Positions 57,241 to 64,000 of a stretch of 64,000 nucleotides of DNA are shown here, piece by piece; the first letter of the stretch is position 1, and every line of letters starts with the position of its first letter. Both the position numbers and the translations under genes were made by a program. The notes beneath the pieces are model-generated. The model saw only the letters and a list, made by a program, of their open reading frames with translations, did no database searches and was not told where the DNA came from. Source of the stretch: the human T2T-CHM13v2.0 reference genome, Homo sapiens; NCBI RefSeq assembly GCF_009914755.1, contig NC_060926.1; one strand, 5' to 3'.

Positions 57241-60200
57241 ATTATTTTCTTCATTTCAAATACAATTGGATTTGTTTCTTTTGCATTTAGTTTGAGGTTT
57301 TCCCTACCATCTTTGTTAATTTTATTTTTTACTATATGGAATACTACTATGCTTCCCAAAGTCCAAACTACAAAATTATACACTCAGAGGAGTGTCACCC
57401 CTTCATTCCTGCTCCTCTGCTATCTAGGTGACAAATTTTGTTTATTTTAACCCTTCTCATGTTTCCTTATGTTAAAAAATTAGGTTTATATGTATTTTCA
57501 TATTCCCTTTCCCATTTGCATAACAGATGACCTATATAGTCCTTTCACTATTTCTTTATGAAGACCCTATATAATACATTGTATATAACATGTTGTTGGA
57601 CCCTGCCTTCTGCCCTGTTCTTGCTGTGGATTTATAACACCTTCATATTGTGGCTATGTAGAGAAAAGATACCTCTGAAGCCTTTTTTCTGCACTCCAAG
57701 GCTTAACATAGAATTGGCCTCTCATAACCTTTTTTTATATAATTGATCTGATTATTGAATGGAACAAAAGGACAGCACTGAGCTATAACAGCGCATACTG
57801 AACTGTGATCACCATGACTCTGAAGTTGAAACCCTGCAGTCTTACATGAAAGACTCGGCTCCTTCTGTTATTCACTCATATGGATCTTACACAGCTGCCA
57901 CCCGGAAGTACTTGATCCTCATTCTAACATGTTTTCCAAACCTTTAAGAATTTGAAATTCCATTTTAGTTGTCCAGAATTCTCTTTCCACCTTTTATGCC
58001 CGGTCAACATTTAACCATCTAGTTAAAGGTGAGTGATTTGTCTAACTTACTTGTTAGATAGCTCTCGTTAAACTGCTCTGGCAAACTTAGTATTTCTATA
58101 ACAACACTTTAGAAACATCTCAACTATAGCACTTTTTGGCCTGTATTGGAATAATTGGTTTACGTTTAGTCCCATAGCCTCCGCTATGAGATTTTGAGTT
58201 CCCTCGGTATCAGGACCCTTCTTTATCTCCAGTGATTAACACAGTTACTGCTTAAAAATTGTTTGAATAATTTAATAAATTGATAAGACCTTTCCCCACT
58301 TTGAATCTTAGTTTATTTTGTATGTTTAAAAAAGGGTCTACTTGAGATTCTACAGTATTCATTTCAAACTCTAACAGTTTGAAATCTAGAAGATGAGATA
58401 CCTCTCTCTTTCATCTTCTAGCATTCTTTATATATATACATATATTTCTTGTTTATTATTTGTTTCTAGTTTATTATGTATCTAGTTTAAATATATATGT
58501 GTGTGTGCATATATATATTTCTCCTTGACTAGATTCACCACTGACAGGAAGGGGGCGCCATTTAACAGCCTGTGGAGAAAGAAAGTTTTTGTGACTTCTT
58601 TTATAGAAAGGGATGGTATTATTATCCTAGCTGAAATTGAAATATATTTTATTCTCCTCTCTGAAATGTCGATTTACTTAACATTTGACATTGGAATTGA
58701 GAAAAAAGCCAAGGATACCTCATCTAAGCTCCTTTGCAAATTATGCACAGCACTGATTATTCTCCTTCTAAATTTCATGTGGGTTTATGAAAGGTAACAA
58801 AGAATAGTTGATAACTCTTGATATAACAGAAATGTATTAATACATATCATGTATATGACTATGGGTGGATGTGTGTGTGCATTAATTACAGTGTAACATC
58901 TGGAATTTGGGGAGGGTTACTTTTGAGCAAAAACTGACACCAAAGTGTACTTACAATGCCTATGTCTACCAGGATAAGCAGAAAAAGCATTTGTCTGTTT
59001 GTTGTGTCACTTAACAGACGCTTTGTATTAAGATGGTGTCCATATTTCAAGGCCTTTAGCACCTGAAACAATTCAGAACCCAGACCATGTGGTGGTCCCT
59101 TAGAATTCTACGTATCTCTGAGGTCTAAGTAATCAGACTCAGGACCAGGCTGTCTTATTTAAAGGGGAGACATCTTGGTAAAAGCCTCTTGAAGCTGCCT
59201 GTTCCTACTTTCTGGTTACCTGAGTTGTTTTGGTCTAAGTTGCTTCAATTGTCTGGGCCCAGCCCCACAAGGCACAAATAGGTTTGTTATTTTAAGAGGC
59301 AACCTGAAGCCACTCTCTCGTGCAGTTACATAAATAAGACCAGGCTGGCTTGGAAAGGGTGTAAATCTCTGGCCAAAATGAGAGAAGGGGGAGTCATTTG
59401 CTTTCAACCACAGTTAACATGCTGACTGAATTTCCAAATAAACTTTTATCTCTTAAGACTGATTGCTAGTGATGGTTATAAAAATGAGTGTTAGAATGTA
59501 GCCAAGGAAGTGACCACACCTTTCCAGATTCTTCCTTAGTTCTGTCTTCAGTGGTTATTTTCCTAAAAACCAAGAAGAGGTAGCTCTGGTTCCTAGGTGT
59601 AACTCAGCTTTCTTGTAGACAGAAAAGAGGAGTATCCCCCATCATTCAGCTTCTCTTGTACCCCCTCTTTTCTGCAAATTACAGTAAACAAAGGTGAACA
59701 GGAGAGATGAGTAAGAACACAAATCTTAACCCAGTCGTTTCTTTCTGCATGGGGTGTGCTGAGTCGTCCTGCCTTTGCCTTCTTGTATTGCACAGAAAAA
59801 CCTTCAAGCAGCCAAAGGAAAATGCCTCATCTTTGAGTGAAATTCTTGTAGGTATTGCAAAAGGAGTTAGAGGGACTTATCCCGCCTGCACATTTCTACA
59901 ACATTGTACAAGTTAGAAAATGTTGCTTGTAGATTGTAGTTGACAGTGTTCTTAGAAAAGTAACAACCGTAGCATTTCTTTGAGGTCCTACATTCATTTA
60001 GCTTTCTGCTTTCTTCTCCCTTGATTTAGAATTTTATTTTTCCTGAAGAACAATTTTTTATGCTGCCAATGCACACAATGCAAAATAGCAAAAATTTGAT
60101 TTTTCTCCCACAATTAAACTATACTTTTCTACATTAGGTTAGATATTCGTGGTAAAAAGCAATAATTATGAATTATTGTTTTTTCTCACTTTTTAGAATC

Positions 60201-61227
60201 TGCACATCTTAAAATAGTTTTAAGCACTTTTAAGGAATTTGCTTCAGTTTGTTTTGGATGACATTTATTTTTTTCCTCCCTCTGAAACAAATATATTTTT
60301 TCTTTTTTCTTTTATCCCTCCTCTTTTGTAATTCATATTACCAATGAAAGCCCTTTTGAACAAGCAAACGAAAATCCTGTGATAATTGAAATAGAAGCAT
60401 CCAAATATGATGTCCTGGTAAATATTTATAAATATGAGATACAGACTTTCTTCTGATGCCCTCAAATGCTGGTCACCATAGAGCACTGAAAAGAATTATG
60501 ACTCAATAAACTGCATGCTGACATATAACTAAATAAGTAAATAACTGGAGTGAAGGCCAACTGCTGCTTAACAGCTTCCCCAGTTACGTACACACTTTCA
60601 AACAAGCATGAAATGTAGGTCTCTGGACATCGCTTAAAAGAACCACAAATAAACAGAGTGTGATCCCACACTCCTATTCCTTCCGGACAGCTAGAAAGCT
60701 TGGCTGGGAATTGGGGTGGTTTTTGTTGCTCTTCTGTCCTGTGCACTGTAAACACAAACCCTGCTCAGAGCACCAGGGTCGTGCTGCTGCTGACAGAGTC
60801 ACTGAGCCTGGAAAAGTGAGGAGGTGAAGAGCCTGTGACCTTTGGCCCATCACCTCACCTCCGATTTTGCAAAGAATCACGCTCCAGACTTGGATACGTC
60901 GATTGTAACATCTGGGCTAAGTCAGCCGAAGGGACAGGGAGCCTGATTTGCCAGTTCTCAAGTGTGGCTCTCTTTTTTCACATGCAAGATATATGTTAAG
61001 CTCAAGCTCTGCAGTTTGGGGTCAAACAGATGCCAAAATAGTAGAACATTTTCGTGGAATACATACCTTTTACATTAAACATAAGGTTGAAGCTGAAAGG
61101 CTCGTTAGATGTTATCTATTGTGACTTTTTCTTTCTACATATAAGGAAACTGAGGCAAAGAACAGAGTTCACAATAGAGCTCAAATGCCCTCGTTCTTGG
61201 ACCACTGCCATCCTTGGACGTTTAACT

Positions 61228-61660
61228 GTCTGTATCAGTTACCTGTAGCTACATAGCAAACCATTCCAAAAGTAATGATGTCAAACAACAATGATTTATT
61301 ATTTGTCACAATTCTGTGTTTGCTTAGGCTCACTCAAACCACTAACATGCACCAGGCCAGTTGGCTGGAGGCTGGGCTCACCTGCATGGCTGAGATGGCT
61401 GGGCTCTTTCTCTCTACTTGGTCTTTCACCCCAGACTTCTTCACAGCTTGAGGATTCGTGGAAAGAGATCCAAGAGGTCAAGCCCTGGTGGGTGGGCTTT
61501 TAATAAATACCCACTTACTGTCTTTGTTGATATCCACTGTCCAAAGCAAATCGCTTAGCCCAACTCAAAATGAAGTGGAAGAGGAATGCACAAGAGTGTG
61601 CATCAGTCAGGAGAAGCCTGACCAATTGTGGGGTGGTTACTGCAACAATCTTCTGTACTG
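61228..61660 (-). mobile_element. Old MLT1 LTR
   Basis: TGTATCAGTTACCTGTAGCTACATAGCAAACCA...ATTTATTATTTGTCACAATTCTGTG. Confidence 0.65.
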
Positions 61661-62010
61661 CTTATGAAAATGCTCCCCCAAGCGTTCTATATAATAATGG
61701 TATCCTGCAAGATAGTAAGCAGCCTTCCTAGCAAAAAGAATCTCCCTAGTCAAGTTTGTAAGAGTTTCTCGAAGAAGAAGAGGTGAAAATGGCATTTTCC
61801 AAATGTATTTGACTGAGATTTTCTTTTCCTTGTAAAACAGCTATTAATATCATGGAAAACACTTTTGAAAAGACAAGCCTCGGGCATTAGTACCTACAGG
61901 GTATTAGTACTGCTACTAATGCCTTATTAAGTCAACAAGACCTTTGCAAAATCCCTGAAGATCTTCTGGTTTTCAGATTCATGTCTTTTCATTTTTTACT
62001 GGATCATCTT

Positions 62011-62310
62011 TTTTTTTTTTTTTTTTTTTTTGAGTCTCGCTCTCTCACCCAGGCTGGTGTGTGGTGGCACAATCTCAGCTCACTGCAACTTTCCACCTCC
62101 TGGGTTCAAGTGATTCTCATGCCTCAGCCTCCCGAGTAGCTGGGATTTACAGGCACCTGCTACCATGCCCAAGCAATTTTTGTATTTTTATTAGAGACCA
62201 GGTTTCACCACATTGGCCAGGCTGCTCTCAAACTCCTGACCTCAAGCAACCCGTCCGCCTCGGCCTCTCATAATGCTGGGATTACAGGTATGAGCCACCA
62301 TACCCAGCCA
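62011..62310 (-). mobile_element. Alu (S/J)
   Basis: Full dimer; TSD GGATCATCTT at 62001-62010 and 62311-62320. Confidence 0.9.
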
Positions 62311-62719
62311 GGATCATCTTGTAAGTCATAAATTTCAGTCTACTGCAACTGGCCCTTCTGTTTTTAGTGTCTGTTTATGCTGTTTGTTACAAGCTGTCCA
62401 AGTGAGCACATGAACTTTCCGTCTGGCCCAGAGCAGTAGGTTGCTAACAAAGCATTGATAGGGTGTAACTGGCATGGATAAAAGCAAGTCCCAAGAGTCT
62501 ACTTCATTTTTCTGAGTCTTAGCTTTCCCTGTGCTAAAAATTGGAAAATCACAGTAGCCTTATAGATAGTTATGATGATAAAATATACAAATATATTTGG
62601 AAATATTTTGTGATCTCCAGGTGTTACACAACCATTATCCAACTCCAGTTAAATGTTAATAGATTTGTTATAATCAGGGTTTGATTGCTTTTTAAGTATA
62701 GCATAGACCTCCAAAGTGC

Positions 62720-63220
62720 CCAGCTAATGCCAAGAATCAGTGAAATTCTGAAAATGCTAATGTGATCATGTTACTGCCCTTTTAAAACCTCTCCAATGGT
62801 TTTTTACCACTAAAATTAGCTTTTAAGGGCTTGTGTGATTGATGCCTGCTCAGATCTTCAGCCTTCACAGCTCACAAGCCAACCCTGACCCATCCCTTTT
62901 TCCTTGTTTGCTTCAGCAGAATAGTCTTTTGTTTCCTAGATACTGTCTGTGGCTCTGGTCATTTGCACAGACAATTCTCTTCTTCCCTGCTCAGACCATT
63001 CTTTTTCCATGATGAGTAGCATCCCCCGCCCTCATCCTTTCTAGCTTCTCCCACTGTAAGTCCAGGTTAGGTGCTGACCTCTTCCACTGGGCATCCAGAC
63101 CATCATGTTTTCCTCCATTTCAACATTAAACCAGTAGGCTCATTGCTTGATTTCTTGTCTCTCTTTCAAACACTATTAAGTAGGTATTCCTTAAACACTT
63201 TCTGATTGAATGGATGAATG
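62720..63220 (+). mobile_element. L2 3' fragment
   Basis: GATCATGTTACTGCCCTTTTAAAACCTCTCCAATGG...TGAATGGATGAATG tail. Confidence 0.65.
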
Positions 63221-63330
63221 TATTATTATTTAATACATCCATGAAGAAATCAGTGCCCTGGATAGTATTTTGTGTAGCCTTGGAATGGAAGAGTGTGATG
63301 AAGCCTCCATGAAACCCTATGGAGTGGATT

Positions 63331-64000
63331 AAAGTTATATATTTAATATATTATATATATAACTTTATAATATATAATATATATTATATATAACTTTATA
63401 ATATATAATATATATTATATATAACTTTATAATATATAATATATATTATATATAACTTTATAATATATAATATATATTATATATAACTTTATAATATATA
63501 ATATATATTATATATAACTTTATAATATATAATATATATTATATATAACTTTATAATATATAATATATATTATATATAACTTTATAATATATAATATATA
63601 TTATATATAACTTTATAATATATAATATATATTATATATAACTTTATAATATATAATATATATTATATATAACTTTATAATATATAATATATATTATATA
63701 TAACTTTATAATATATAATATATATTATATATAACTTTATAATATATAATATATATTATATATAACTTTATAATATATAATATATATTATATATAACTTT
63801 ATAATATATAATATATATTATATATAACTTTATAATATATAATATATATTATATATAACTTTATAATATATAATATATATTATATATAACTTTATAATAT
63901 ATAATATATATTATATACTATATATAACTTTATAATATATATATTATATACTATATATAACTTTATAATATATAATATATATTATATATTATATATAACT
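63331..64000. repeat. AT-rich minisatellite, 31-bp unit AACTTTATAATATATAATATATATTATATAT, continuing beyond the window
   Basis: AACTTT recurs every 31 bp from 63361 to 63888 (17 uniform units), followed by variant units containing TATACTA. Confidence 0.95.

Noticed and set aside
63361-64000. CRISPR-like regular repeat array
   Set aside because: No unique spacers and eukaryotic context; it is a tandem minisatellite.

Overview
This is primate (very likely human) nuclear DNA, AT-rich and intergenic or deep-intronic. I could not identify any host protein-coding exon. All long ORFs derive from transposons (L1 ORF1/ORF2, an Hsmar2 transposase). The window is a stack of interspersed repeats: a full-length inactive L1PA4/early-L1PA3 (320-6457, minus), a 5'-truncated L1PA7-like element split by a MER11 solo LTR, a twin-primed L1MA, HAL1, older L1M pieces, a near-complete Hsmar2, MER44, MER1B, about ten solo LTRs, Alus, MIR and L2, and a 31-bp palindromic AT-rich minisatellite running off the right edge. 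The main structure not explained by repeats is a cluster of four short local copy events of different ages between 16 and 35 kb: a 305-bp identical copy that carries a truncated Alu, a 145-bp copy inside a THE1 LTR, a 139-bp copy inside an L1M, and a 38-bp duplication with filler inside Hsmar2. An L1 and an Alu also sit head-to-head at the same endonuclease site. I found no evidence for a new gene system. Repeat subfamily names come from recalled consensus sequences and need RepeatMasker/Dfam confirmation.
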